Virus record (IMG/VR): IMGVR_UViG_3300044847_000035
Coordinates: 1 to 37,129 of that record
Length of the DNA stretch: 37,129 nt
Origin: a virus
Taxonomy: Duplodnaviria > Caudoviricetes
Direction: 5' to 3' (one strand)
The notes under the pieces were generated by a model. That model worked only from the letters and a program-made list of their open reading frames with translations. It had not been told where the DNA came from and did not search any database. This document shows positions 1 to 9,904 of the stretch, one piece after another. A program made the position numbers and the translations under genes. How positions within the stretch are numbered: position 1 is the stretch's first letter; each line of letters opens with the position of its first letter.

Positions 1-127
1 ACGGAGATCTTCGGACTGTTCTACTCGTTGCAGCACGATGACCTGATGTCGGTCCCCGAGTTCACGCATGCCGATCAGCGTGGTGACGGAGCCAATCCGC
101 TCGTCTCCGGCATGTTCGGCAAGGGCA
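1..127 (+). repeat. Terminal direct repeat, left copy (assembly overlap of a circular contig)
   Basis: 1-127 (acggagatct...ggcaagggca) is identical to 37003-37129; it lies inside the capsid ORF. Confidence 0.95.
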
Positions 128-348
128 ACGGCGTCACGTTCCAGCTCTCGACGCTGAACGCTTCCGACCCGAATGGGCGTCACAACCCGATCTGGGTGCG
201 CAGCGCGTTCGGCTACTATTGGAACGAGACTCCGAACGGCGAGAAGCAGCGCTACCTCGCTCAGAACCGCGTCTTCGCGCAGTGCGACATCGCGCATGGG
301 ATTCTGTTCCCGGCGCGGTTCGTGAACGTTCGCACGAAGACGTCGTAG
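1..348 (+). CDS. Major capsid protein, C-terminal part (continues from 36499 across the circular junction; about 283 aa in total)
   Basis: In frame with ATG 36499 after removing the 127-nt overlap; follows portal and scaffold; C-terminus ...AQCDIAHGILFPARFVNVRT resembles HK97-fold capsid ends. Confidence 0.8.
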   Translation, partial: TEIFGLFYSLQHDDLMSVPEFTHADQRGDGANPLVSGMFGKGNGVTFQLSTLNASDPNGRHNPIWVRSAFGYYWNETPNGEKQRYLAQNRVFAQCDIAHGILFPARFVNVRTKTS

Positions 349-358
349 TGCAACCGGC

Positions 359-384
359 GGCGTGGCGGCTTCGGTCGCCACGCC
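359..384 (+). terminator. GC-rich hairpin with cUUCGg tetraloop after the capsid gene (terminator, attenuator or mRNA stabiliser)
   Basis: ggcgtggcggc-ttcg-gtcgccacgcc about 10 nt after the capsid stop; no U-tract. Confidence 0.55.
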
Positions 385-407
385 CGCCACCAGGAAGGAC
401 GCGCCGC

Positions 408-1220
408 ATGGGTTTCGGCAAGACTGGCGGTACGGAAGATCCCAAGGCTGTGCCGCTCGGCACGCCGACCGAAGTGCGCGCGGCTGGATTCGACCTCAAG
501 CGCAACTGTTCGTGCTGCGTCCGCAAGAAGGACCCAGGCGGCGGGATCGTCATCAAGGGTTGCGGCAAGGCGGGAGAATGCTCGGCGCTGTTCTCAAGGA
601 CTGACCTGCCGTACGGCGGCTTCGGGCCGCCGAGTGACGAGCCGGGCACCGCTGGCAAGGGGCGTGAGTACGTCATCTACTCCATCGAATACCCGGACGG
701 TAGTTACATGGAGCAGGTGACGTGGTGCTACCTGTTCCTCGGCAGCTTCGCCTACAACTGCCTGATGGCGCAGGGCGATCCCAAGTACAACGGCCCCAAG
801 GTGCGGTTTCTGGGCAAGGCCGGCGAGGGCGGCAAGACCGGGAAGGGCCCGGACATCTACATCGAGGACCTGGGCCCGCTCGACAAGAACAACAATCGCA
901 CCAAGAACTACAAGATCGTGCCCGTGAACGAGAGCGGTGAGCCGCTGCCGGAGGGGATGACCGGCTACGTCAAGACGGTGGGCAAGGCCCCGAGGCTCAA
1001 CCGGACTATCGGCGGGCTCGCGGCGCGGAACCTCGCCAACAAGGCCGCGGACGACGAGGCCCTGCGGGCCTATGGCGGCGAGTCTCGGGCCGCGACCATG
1101 GAGGCCGACGACGTGGAAACGGAAGACCCGGTGGTAGCGGATGCTGAAACGGCGATCGCGACGGCTGACGAACAGCCCGAGAACCAGCATCTCAACCGCC
1201 GGACCAAGCGCCGTGAGTGA
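408..1220 (+). CDS. Hypothetical Cys-rich phage protein (270 aa)
   Basis: ATG 408 preceded by AGGAAGGA; CSCC, GC, EC, WC and NC motifs; acidic C-terminal region. Confidence 0.75.
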   Translation: MGFGKTGGTEDPKAVPLGTPTEVRAAGFDLKRNCSCCVRKKDPGGGIVIKGCGKAGECSALFSRTDLPYGGFGPPSDEPGTAGKGREYVIYSIEYPDGSYMEQVTWCYLFLGSFAYNCLMAQGDPKYNGPKVRFLGKAGEGGKTGKGPDIYIEDLGPLDKNNNRTKNYKIVPVNESGEPLPEGMTGYVKTVGKAPRLNRTIGGLAARNLANKAADDEALRAYGGESRAATMEADDVETEDPVVADAETAIATADEQPENQHLNRRTKRRE

Positions 1221-1746
1221 GCGCGAGAAGCAGGTCGCCCCGGAGGGATTTGTCGAGGCCATCGCCGAGCAGGACGCGGCGCGACCGTCTCCGTCGGACC
1301 TGAAGGATGCCATCCCCGACGAGTTCGCCGTGGAGACGATCATACCCGCGCGCGGAGTCAACTGGCCGGCTGAGACGCGTGTTGACTACCGCCGCGTCCG
1401 CATCAAGAACGCCGACGGAACGCTCAACAAGACGGGGAAGAACCTGGTCGATCTTCATCGTCCGCAGGCCAGGATCGGCGGCGAGATCAACGAACGTCTG
1501 CGCGAGGGGGACTTCGCGCCAAAGCCGAAGCCCAGGGTCGAGGAACGACGGTTCCCGCTCTCGGCCGCGGCCATCGTTGGATTCGCAACGCGGGCGGGGC
1601 TCGTTCCGGGCAAGGGTCACTGCATCGGCCAGCACGACGTGTTCGGGATACCGAACCTGTGGCGAGATAAGCGGGGCCAGCTCGTGCGCGTGATTGCCAT
1701 CGGCGAATCGCCTATCAACGTTCGGATCACGACCTACCCGGTATGA
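1213..1746 (+). CDS. Hypothetical phage protein (177 aa)
   Basis: GTG 1213 overlaps the upstream stop; its stop overlaps the next ATG. Confidence 0.65.
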   Translation: MSEREKQVAPEGFVEAIAEQDAARPSPSDLKDAIPDEFAVETIIPARGVNWPAETRVDYRRVRIKNADGTLNKTGKNLVDLHRPQARIGGEINERLREGDFAPKPKPRVEERRFPLSAAAIVGFATRAGLVPGKGHCIGQHDVFGIPNLWRDKRGQLVRVIAIGESPINVRITTYPV

Positions 1747-2456
1747 GCCGAACACTCTCCGATGCCGAACGGCGGGTGCGGTACCACCTTCGCGACCGGA
1801 ACGCCCAGGGCCAGGCGTTCACCTCCCCCGAGGTCGTGAATGCGCTCGAGGCCAACATGCGCGTCGTCTCCGGCCGGCTCCTGCTCGGCGAGGAACGCGT
1901 CTCGGCGTTGGTGACGACCGCCAGCGGCACGCAGTTCTACGCGCTGCCGGGGGCGCAGACCTACGAGAGCCTGCAGTTTCTCAGGTTCCAAGATGACGGT
2001 TTGCAGGTCCAAGTCGTCGCGCCGACCGTGTTCGAGTCCTACCAGCGCACCGATCCGCCGTCCACGGGGCGGCCGCAGATCGCGATGCTGAGAGAGAGCG
2101 CGCTCCAGGCCATCGAGATCGGTCTATGGCCGGTGCCGGATGCCGCCTACGTTCTGGATGGCTACCGCTCGCTCCTGCCCGCGAGTTTTTTCACCGCCGG
2201 CACCGGAGCCTTGGCAGAGCTGCCCGATGCGACGGTCATCCCGTTCGATGACCAGGCGTTCGACGCCCTCTGCTACATCACGGCGGCGGAACTGTTCGCG
2301 CGCATGCCGGACGACGACCGCGCGCGATTGAAGGTTGCGGAAGGTGCGGCGAACGACTGGCAAGGGAAGGCCGGCGAGCTGATCGCATCGTCGCGTCGGC
2401 GTCGCATCTTCCAGAAGCTGACCACTGGGGGGAATCGGAAAGGCAGGCGCTGGTAA
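1743..2456 (+). CDS. Head-tail adaptor / ring protein 1 (podovirus adaptor-like)
   Basis: N-terminal helix pair (TLSDAERRVRYHL...EVVNALE), YALP and IGLWPVPDAAYVL motifs typical of podovirus adaptors; located between capsid and nozzle. Confidence 0.7.
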   Translation: MSRTLSDAERRVRYHLRDRNAQGQAFTSPEVVNALEANMRVVSGRLLLGEERVSALVTTASGTQFYALPGAQTYESLQFLRFQDDGLQVQVVAPTVFESYQRTDPPSTGRPQIAMLRESALQAIEIGLWPVPDAAYVLDGYRSLLPASFFTAGTGALAELPDATVIPFDDQAFDALCYITAAELFARMPDDDRARLKVAEGAANDWQGKAGELIASSRRRRIFQKLTTGGNRKGRRW

Positions 2457-3172
2457 TGGCGATCCTCACCCTCGCCGACATGCGTACCGAGGTCTACGAC
2501 ATCGTGCTCGACACGGACTCGGCGAACCGCACCATGGATGCGACGACGCTCAATCGCATCTTGAACCGCTGCTACGCCCACATCCGCGGTTTCGGCGATA
2601 ACCGTGTGTACTATGTGTCCGCGGCCATCTCGGGCGCGTCGCTCGCGCCGCAGTTGGGCGCACAATTCAAGACGCTGAGCGAAACCAACTACCGCCGCAT
2701 CCTAGAGGTCTATCCGGCAGAGAACAGCGCCGCGGTCCAGCCGTTCGGACCGGCGCTCGGCCGCATGGAACAGTGGGAGATCTTCGCCATGCAGCGCGAG
2801 GACGAAACCGACCGCGGCATCTACGCGAGCTATTACGCCTCGTGGCGCCAGGGCTCGACCACCGCTGCCAACGTCGGCAAGTTCAATCTCGCGCTATGGC
2901 CGTTGTCCTCCATCATTTACGACTACCTGCTTGGTGTGCTCAAGGAAGTGACGGCGCTCGCCGCCGACGCCGATAAGGCCGACTGCACTGAGGAGGAGAT
3001 GCACTTCGTCACCGACATGGCGAGCGCGATCTCGGCACGTATGATGGGACGGTCGGAAGAGGCCATCGCTCAGATCCTGAGTCGGCTGCCGGAGGAGTTG
3101 CAGACGGCCGTGGGGCAGCTCTCCAAGGACGTCGGACTCGTGAAGCCGCGCGTTGGACAGGAGGCCGCGTGA
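2456..3172 (+). CDS. Head-tail adaptor / ring protein 2 (probable paralogue of 1743..2456)
   Basis: LTLADMRTEV...TLNRILNRCY N-terminus, LALWPLSS motif, nearly identical length (238 vs 237 aa). Confidence 0.6.
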   Translation: MAILTLADMRTEVYDIVLDTDSANRTMDATTLNRILNRCYAHIRGFGDNRVYYVSAAISGASLAPQLGAQFKTLSETNYRRILEVYPAENSAAVQPFGPALGRMEQWEIFAMQREDETDRGIYASYYASWRQGSTTAANVGKFNLALWPLSSIIYDYLLGVLKEVTALAADADKADCTEEEMHFVTDMASAISARMMGRSEEAIAQILSRLPEELQTAVGQLSKDVGLVKPRVGQEAA

Positions 3173-4176
3173 CCGGCTGGGGCTGGGTCCCGCCCGCAGT
3201 CTCGCCCATCGCTCCAGCCCCGAGCGTCATCAGCCTTCGCGTCGGCCAAGGACTTCAGGCGGCGCACGACGAACTCACGAACGGCGGCACGATCCAACTC
3301 GGCGCAGGCACCTTTTATGGCGATCCGTCGGTCGGTTTCCAGGACTTCCGCTGGACGAATCCGAACGTCTCGATCATCGGCGTCGGCGTCGGCATCACCA
3401 CGATTGGGTCGCCGATATCGGGCGAGGTCGGTTATGGCCGCCTTGAGGATGTCACGGTCAGGCCCCCGGCCGGCGCATATGGCCTCAGACTATTCCGCGA
3501 CGAGGCCATCCACGGAAGCGTCAATGGCGGTGTGCCGCGCTGGACCGTCAAGCGTGTCTACGTCGGTGCTGCCGATGCCACGGGACGCGATGGCGGGCTC
3601 GGTCCGGCGAAGGGAATCTGGCTCGACGGTGCCATCCTCGGCCTGTTCGAGCAATGCACCGTCGCCTTCTGCTCGGATTCTGGGTTCTTCGCCGACACGA
3701 CGAGTCCGGGCGGCGTTTACAGCACGAACGCCCATCTGTTCCTGGATTGCACTTTCAACGGGAACAGCCGCTACGGCGTCGAGCTGGTCGGTGGCGCCGC
3801 GGAAGGCTTCCAGTTCATCGGCGGCAACATGGAGAGCAATCTCCTCGGCGAAGTCTCGGCCTCGACCATGAACTTCGTGGACCTGATCGGCGTTGATTTC
3901 GAGACGGGCGTCGCCGTATCGCCGCAGGTCAGCTTCGGCGGCTGCGGGCAATGTACCGTCGAACGCTGTAACTTCGTGACGTCAGGCGCGACGAAGGCGC
4001 TGCGGGCCGCGTTGTTCTCGACATGCAACTCGTGCCGCTTCGTTAGGAATCGTGCCACCGGCTACACGCAGTTGGATTGGGCGTTGTTCGACATCAACTG
4101 CTCGAAGTGTGAGGCGCACGGGAACTCGAACGCTGACGGCGACAACCGCTTCGTCGGCAACCGGGGCTCATTGTGA
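3169..4176 (+). CDS. Right-handed beta-helix (pectin-lyase-like) tailspike / receptor-binding protein
   Basis: LQAAHDEL..GGTIQLGAGTF N-cap, NVSIIGVGVGITTI, repeated G/N/C-rich beta-helix rungs (DCTFNGNSRYGVEL). Confidence 0.7.
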   Translation: MTGWGWVPPAVSPIAPAPSVISLRVGQGLQAAHDELTNGGTIQLGAGTFYGDPSVGFQDFRWTNPNVSIIGVGVGITTIGSPISGEVGYGRLEDVTVRPPAGAYGLRLFRDEAIHGSVNGGVPRWTVKRVYVGAADATGRDGGLGPAKGIWLDGAILGLFEQCTVAFCSDSGFFADTTSPGGVYSTNAHLFLDCTFNGNSRYGVELVGGAAEGFQFIGGNMESNLLGEVSASTMNFVDLIGVDFETGVAVSPQVSFGGCGQCTVERCNFVTSGATKALRAALFSTCNSCRFVRNRATGYTQLDWALFDINCSKCEAHGNSNADGDNRFVGNRGSL

Positions 4177-4955
4177 GACCGAGTGACCAATGGCAGCGCG
4201 GGCTATGGGGCTTCAACGGCCTGCTGTTCGTCCCCAATAGCACCGATGGCACCGGCGGCGGGCTCGGGGCGCCATGGATCATCGACGCGGGTGTCACAGT
4301 GTCTCACCCGGCCCCGACCGCGACCTCCAAGGCGACGCAGATCCGCCGGACCATGTACACGCACGATGCCACGAACAACCGCCGCTGCGGCCCGCGCATC
4401 GGGTCCACGGCCGATCAAGCCTTCTGGCGCGGAAACTCGACCGTGGCGCCGTTCCTTGGCGGTTTCTACTTCGCCGCTGTCTTCACGATCGAGGCCTGGG
4501 CGGATGATACCGGCCGCATCTTCGCCGGACTGACCGCTGCGGCCAGTGGCGTGGTTCAGACCGACGCCGTTCCGGTGGATACGATCGGACTGTGGCACTC
4601 GTCAGTCACCGGCGCCAACACGTTCGTGATCGCCACGCGGGACGCCGGAGCCGAATCTCTGGTCGCATTCACCGCCGCCGCCAATCTCGTCCCCGGGCAG
4701 GGCTACCTGTTCGAGATGTGGACCTACCAGGCGACAACAGGACTCACGGCCAACATCTTCTGTCGGCTCACGAATCTCAACACGGGAGCCAAGATCGCCT
4801 CGGTACAGACCAACCTGGGGCCTCAATCCGCTACGTTCCTCGGCCCGCAGGTGCAGATGTCGAACGGTGCCGGGGCCTCGGCGGGCACTCCGGGCGCGTT
4901 CGCCATCGGCGTCGCGAATGTGCTCTGCACCGGCCAGCAGTTGGGTGACGCATGA
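4173..4955 (+). CDS. Putative virion (tail/fibre) beta-rich protein
   Basis: G/T/A-rich and beta-strand-like; translationally coupled within the tail module. Confidence 0.55.
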   Translation: MRPSDQWQRGLWGFNGLLFVPNSTDGTGGGLGAPWIIDAGVTVSHPAPTATSKATQIRRTMYTHDATNNRRCGPRIGSTADQAFWRGNSTVAPFLGGFYFAAVFTIEAWADDTGRIFAGLTAAASGVVQTDAVPVDTIGLWHSSVTGANTFVIATRDAGAESLVAFTAAANLVPGQGYLFEMWTYQATTGLTANIFCRLTNLNTGAKIASVQTNLGPQSATFLGPQVQMSNGAGASAGTPGAFAIGVANVLCTGQQLGDA

Positions 4956-7942
4956 CCGCGACCGCCCAGCGCATCGAACGTCACTACTGGTTCCCGGTCC
5001 GGGGCTGTATCTCGACCGTGGATCGGCATGAGGTGCCCCTGAGCATGCTGGGGCCTGACTCGCGCGAACTGTTGATCGAGCCGGGCCGAGTCGAGGAGCT
5101 CGGAAAGGCCAAGCGCCGCCACGGCGCCGCGAGCTACGGCTCCAACACCGGCGTACTCGAGATGGTCGTTGCCGACGCGACGATGCGCGGACTGGAACTG
5201 TTCGACATGCCGACGCTCGTGTCTGGCGATGGCTTTGCGGTGCTGGCGGGTATTTTCGCCGATGAGTCGAAGCGTTATGGGCAGTTCTGGCTGCACGACG
5301 GCTCGACCGACTACACCGAGGGCGAGGAGTTCGGGGCGACGCATTATGCCGGCATGTCGGCCCCACCGGACATACAGGCGCCGCCAATCCCGTACGATGG
5401 GAACGGTGCCACCGGGTACTCCAGGTATGCCTACGAGGAGAGTCGTCGGCACATCGCTGCCGGCAGTCGCAATCGAGTCGGCATCAAGAACCGTGAATAC
5501 AACGGCGGATTCCTGTCGGCCGCTACCAACTGGGATCGCTCGTACAACCTCATCAGCGGATCGGGAACGAAGAAGCTGCGGCGCTTTCCTACTGGACTGA
5601 TTATGCCGTTGCGCGAGGCCGTGCGTGCTGACGGCGACTATCCGGCCATCGGCGCTCAGGGCTCGTGGCAGTGGGGCGACCAGTACTACGAAGCATGGGG
5701 GTTCGAGTGGGAGGACGGCACCCGATCCATGCATTCGATCCCACGCGATCCGCAGGGAGCCGGGGCGCGTCTGCCGACCGGCCTCGCGCTGGTTACTGTC
5801 GGGAAGGCCGCCGACGCTGGCGCCGTTGCTCCGAACAACAACTACCTGTACGTCCCGGATCTCAACATTCGCATCGGGCCGCCCGGGACCACCGCGCGGC
5901 TCAAATACCGCACCGCCAAGATCACGAAGACGCAAGCCGCGGCCGGCGCCGTGCCCGACATCAGCACACTCGCACTGTGTGCGGTCATCAGGGACAACAC
6001 GAGCACCCGGTACAACGATCCCAACGGCAACGACGGCGTGTTGGCCGCAGATTCGCTGCTCCGAACCGATCAAATCTGGCAGCCGCGAGCGCGCTACGAA
6101 TGGGCGTTTGACGAACGCCATGCGTGCGGCTACATCAGGCCGTGTCCATACGCCATCATCCTGGCGCATACGGGCATCACGAATGCCGGAGATATCAATC
6201 GCTCTGCCGATTCCAGCGCTCTCCATCAGAGCCTCATGCTCGTGCAGCTACGACAGGATTCAGCAGGAGCCATGACGCTGAGACTGCGATACGCGGTGAA
6301 CGGTGGAGCGGTGGTGCCGACCGATGCCTCGTTGGCCCTGGCCGCGATTACGCTTCAGGAAGTCGTGGACTGGATCTGCTCAACCATCGCCGGTGCCGCC
6401 GCGAACGAATGGCGGGCGCAACTCGTTCCGGGAACCAGTGGACTTGTTCTCGCCAGCAACCTAGCGCCATCGCACATCGATTCCGCAGGCGGGACGTGGA
6501 CAAACGCCAGCCCGACGTTGAATCTCACGAACGCCACCGACATCGCCGAAGGCATGAAGGTCAACGACGCCAAGTGGCCGGCGGGGACGTATGTCAAGAG
6601 CAAGAGCGGGAACGTTCTAACGATGAGCGCGAACAGCACGGCGGCGCAGGCCGTCGGAGCTGACGTCGAGTTCTACGTGGACACAGGCGACGACGCCACC
6701 TTTACCGACGCCACGGCCCACAGCCAGTTCGGGAACATGAGACCGTTCGGGAACTGCATCCCGGTCATTCTCGCTTTCAAGCAGAGTTACCTCGACACGT
6801 TCCCGACCGAGAAGCGCGATTTTCTCGTGACCGCCGGCGGGCCAACAATGAAGCCGAACGGCGCGCACATCTTCCACACGTCGCCGGGCGGGCGGTACAG
6901 CGGCGAGTCTGCGGCCGGTATCCTCATGGGCGGCGCTCCACTGAAATCGGGATGTGTCGTGTTCTACTCCAACTGGATCGGCTGGTACGTCAATCGGCGC
7001 TCAGGTTCGACGGGCGAGGATGAGCACTACCGCATGGAGTGGGTCGATCAGGGCCACGGCTGCAAGTCGCCCTACTCCATCGTGTCCGGTAACGGCTGGG
7101 TCGGCTGCTGGCGCGACGACGGATTCTGGATCTTCGATGGCGAGACGGCACACATCATCAGCAACGACCACTTCGCCGTGACCACGCTCGGTGGTGTCGG
7201 CGAGTTCGCGTACGAAGCCGGACTCTGCAACGCAGCGGCCGCGGCGGATACGAACGACTACTACTTCCACGCCCACTATCGGGACGGTCGGCTGTGGCTC
7301 AACTACCGCGTCTCGGCTGGCGTGTTCGCGACCGCCTGCTACGACGCCTCCATCTCGATCGAGGCCAGCGGCTGCGCGCAGATGCTAGATCAGGATGGCA
7401 AACCCTTCGGCTGGTCGCCGCGCTGCTCCTACTCGTGGAGGTCGTTCGCTGCTGGCTGCGGCGGAGCCATTGGCAGCGTGAGGAAGTCGGACGGCCTGCA
7501 TCTCTATCAGGCCGACGACAAGAACGACAAGACCCGCTGCGGTCTGGTGCAGGAGTTCGAGACCACCGGGGCATACACGGACGGCGCCGATCCCGTGCAG
7601 TGGACGCTCCACGGGCCCACGGACATGCCGGGCGGCCTCAAGAAGTCGGCGCTGTCTGAGGCCCTGACGTTCCTCTACAAGAACACCGTGACGAGCGGCG
7701 CAACTGGCGTGGTGGGTACGATCTACCGGAACCAGGCCAGGTCGGCCTCGTCAACGATCTCGCTCCCGACCACGGACGGTACGGACTTCTTCACGCGCAA
7801 GATCATCAATGCGCCGCTCAAGAGCCGTTCGCCGGGAGACGTGGTAGAACTGAAGTTGACCGGCGGCGCTCTCGCCGCGGAGCGCATCTTCGAGATCTCC
7901 GGGGCCTTGGTCCCGATGGACGTGCTGGATTCGGTGACATAA
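4952..7942 (+). CDS. Tail nozzle / tail tubular protein B-like (P22 gp10 / T7 gp12 analogue)
   Basis: 996 aa; GCKSPYSIV...DDGFWIFDG propeller-blade motif; located directly before the ejection-protein genes. Confidence 0.7.
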   Translation: MTATAQRIERHYWFPVRGCISTVDRHEVPLSMLGPDSRELLIEPGRVEELGKAKRRHGAASYGSNTGVLEMVVADATMRGLELFDMPTLVSGDGFAVLAGIFADESKRYGQFWLHDGSTDYTEGEEFGATHYAGMSAPPDIQAPPIPYDGNGATGYSRYAYEESRRHIAAGSRNRVGIKNREYNGGFLSAATNWDRSYNLISGSGTKKLRRFPTGLIMPLREAVRADGDYPAIGAQGSWQWGDQYYEAWGFEWEDGTRSMHSIPRDPQGAGARLPTGLALVTVGKAADAGAVAPNNNYLYVPDLNIRIGPPGTTARLKYRTAKITKTQAAAGAVPDISTLALCAVIRDNTSTRYNDPNGNDGVLAADSLLRTDQIWQPRARYEWAFDERHACGYIRPCPYAIILAHTGITNAGDINRSADSSALHQSLMLVQLRQDSAGAMTLRLRYAVNGGAVVPTDASLALAAITLQEVVDWICSTIAGAAANEWRAQLVPGTSGLVLASNLAPSHIDSAGGTWTNASPTLNLTNATDIAEGMKVNDAKWPAGTYVKSKSGNVLTMSANSTAAQAVGADVEFYVDTGDDATFTDATAHSQFGNMRPFGNCIPVILAFKQSYLDTFPTEKRDFLVTAGGPTMKPNGAHIFHTSPGGRYSGESAAGILMGGAPLKSGCVVFYSNWIGWYVNRRSGSTGEDEHYRMEWVDQGHGCKSPYSIVSGNGWVGCWRDDGFWIFDGETAHIISNDHFAVTTLGGVGEFAYEAGLCNAAAAADTNDYYFHAHYRDGRLWLNYRVSAGVFATACYDASISIEASGCAQMLDQDGKPFGWSPRCSYSWRSFAAGCGGAIGSVRKSDGLHLYQADDKNDKTRCGLVQEFETTGAYTDGADPVQWTLHGPTDMPGGLKKSALSEALTFLYKNTVTSGATGVVGTIYRNQARSASSTISLPTTDGTDFFTRKIINAPLKSRSPGDVVELKLTGGALAAERIFEISGALVPMDVLDSVT

Positions 7943-7955
7943 TCGCGGGGGAACG

Positions 7956-8678
7956 ATGGCAGTCATTGATCGCGAGGATGAGATCGGCGCCTACAACCCG
8001 GGTGGCGGCTTGGCATCGACTCCACGCCCAAACGACGCGGCGCGCATCAGGGCCCTGATCCGCAGTAGGTACATCGGCTCGGATCGAACGCCGTCGTTCA
8101 CAGCACCCGGGGCGGCGACGCTCGCTGGGCCGAAGCCGTTTCAGGCCCCGCCGGCGATGCCCAACTCGGGCATCAACGTGCCGGGAGCTGTGCCCGGGCT
8201 GCCGACCGTACAGGACTCGAGCAAGGTCCCACCACCTCCGCCAACCGGCTATCTGTCGCCGGACATCAACTATGGCAAGAACTTCTTGGGCACGTTGAAC
8301 GACATTCTGCGCGGATTCCAGTCCAGCGGCGCTTACGGTCCCGGAGTGAATCAGGGCATCCTTGACGCTGTACGCTCGCTGGCGCTGGGCGACGCCGCGG
8401 CATCGCGAGCCCACAACGCGCTCGTGTCACAATCGCTGGGCGTGGACCCGGCCACTGCGGCGAGTTACTACCTGCGTTCCGATCTGGGCTCGCAGGGAGA
8501 CGTGGCGCGAGCGGTCAATGCGGCCAGCCTCGGTGAGTTGACGCACCAGCGCGATTTTGGCCAGCAACTTCTCGAACTGCTGCTCGGCAAGCAGGGTCCG
8601 CAGAACGTCTACAATCCGAAGAACTCTGCGGAAGCCGTGACCGGCATTTTGAATTCTCTAGCGGCCTTTGCTAGATGA
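7956..8678 (+). CDS. Putative DNA ejection / internal virion protein 1
   Basis: Pro-rich then Ala/Gln/Gly helical; first gene after the nozzle, as in P22 gp7. Confidence 0.55.
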   Translation: MAVIDREDEIGAYNPGGGLASTPRPNDAARIRALIRSRYIGSDRTPSFTAPGAATLAGPKPFQAPPAMPNSGINVPGAVPGLPTVQDSSKVPPPPPTGYLSPDINYGKNFLGTLNDILRGFQSSGAYGPGVNQGILDAVRSLALGDAAASRAHNALVSQSLGVDPATAASYYLRSDLGSQGDVARAVNAASLGELTHQRDFGQQLLELLLGKQGPQNVYNPKNSAEAVTGILNSLAAFAR

Positions 8679-9904
8679 CCTACGACGAGATCCTGAGGCT
8701 CGCGCAGATGGCGGGCGGGACAGGGCCGGAGCCAGTCGCGCCGCGTGGCGTGCCGCCAGCCTACGGGCCTCCGGCGCCGCCGCAGGCTCAGGCATTGCCG
8801 GCTCCGCAGCCCGTCCCCGTGCCACCGCGAGCGCCGGAGATGACCATGGCGGACTCGCTCGGCGCGCCGGGCTTCTTCGAGCGTGTCGCCGGCATCGGCG
8901 AGGCCAATCGCCTCGCGAACCCGATTGCGAGCCTCATCGACCTTGCCGGATCGCTCGTTCGGGGGCGCTCTGGCTATCAGGAACTCGACCAGCGTCAGGC
9001 GTTGTCGAAACTCCAGGCGGAACTGGACAAGGACTCGGCCCGGCAGGCCGAAGAGCGCAGGAACCGAGTACTCACACAGCGCGTGGGCGACCTCCAAAGG
9101 CGTATCGAGGATGCGACGGCGACTCACGACCGGCTGAATCAGGCCATCAACGCCGCGGGGCAGTCCGAGGACGTGGCCGCGCCGCTGCGGGCGCAGCGTG
9201 CTGCGATCCGTTCGAACATCAGCCGCTGGGAATCGGCGCTCGCCAAACTGGTCGGGACCGATGCGCTCGAGGCGACGCAGGCGGGCTACGCGGACCGGAA
9301 GTTGCCGGCCACGCAGGCCGACGTGATTCGTAGCGAGAGCAAAGCCAGGGCCGAGGGATCGGCTCTCATGGGCGGGACGAAACCGCCAGACGTGGGCGAT
9401 TACACGAGCATCCTCTCGCGTCTGAACACGGACAACGACATCCAGAAGTTCCAGGTCGTGCGCGATTCCTGGGCGACGATGAAATCCACGCCTGAGAGTG
9501 CGGCCGGGGATGTCTCGCTCATCTACTCGTTCATGCGTATCAATGATCCGGGCTCGACAGTCCGCGAAGGCGAATACGCAACGGCCCAGAATGCCGCAGG
9601 CGTCTCCGACAAGATCAAGAACGCCTACAACCGAGCCTTGAACGGCGAACGCCTGACGCCCGAGCAGCGCGCGGACTTCAAGACCACCGCGCGCAACATC
9701 TACGTCTCGCGGATTCCGCAGTATGAGCGGGTCATCGGCCAGTATCGCGCGCTCGCCAAAAAGTTCGGACTCGATGAGAACATCGTGCTGCGCGACTATT
9801 TGGTGCCGGTGACGTTCGATGACGGCTCTCCCGGCGGCGTGACTTTGAGCGATCCAGAAAAGATCAAAGAGGCCAGAAAGCGCGGCTTCAAGGAGATCTA
9901 CTGA
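8675..9904 (+). CDS. Putative DNA ejection / internal virion protein 2
   Basis: Coiled coil plus AGDVSLIYSFMRINDPGSTVREGEYATAQ, a motif recurrent in podovirus internal proteins. Confidence 0.6.
   Translation: MTYDEILRLAQMAGGTGPEPVAPRGVPPAYGPPAPPQAQALPAPQPVPVPPRAPEMTMADSLGAPGFFERVAGIGEANRLANPIASLIDLAGSLVRGRSGYQELDQRQALSKLQAELDKDSARQAEERRNRVLTQRVGDLQRRIEDATATHDRLNQAINAAGQSEDVAAPLRAQRAAIRSNISRWESALAKLVGTDALEATQAGYADRKLPATQADVIRSESKARAEGSALMGGTKPPDVGDYTSILSRLNTDNDIQKFQVVRDSWATMKSTPESAAGDVSLIYSFMRINDPGSTVREGEYATAQNAAGVSDKIKNAYNRALNGERLTPEQRADFKTTARNIYVSRIPQYERVIGQYRALAKKFGLDENIVLRDYLVPVTFDDGSPGGVTLSDPEKIKEARKRGFKEIY

Noticed and set aside
4823-6226. 467-aa minus-strand ORF, and similar ones such as 8609..9958
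   Set aside because: Antisense to well-supported structural genes; expected from GC-biased codon usage
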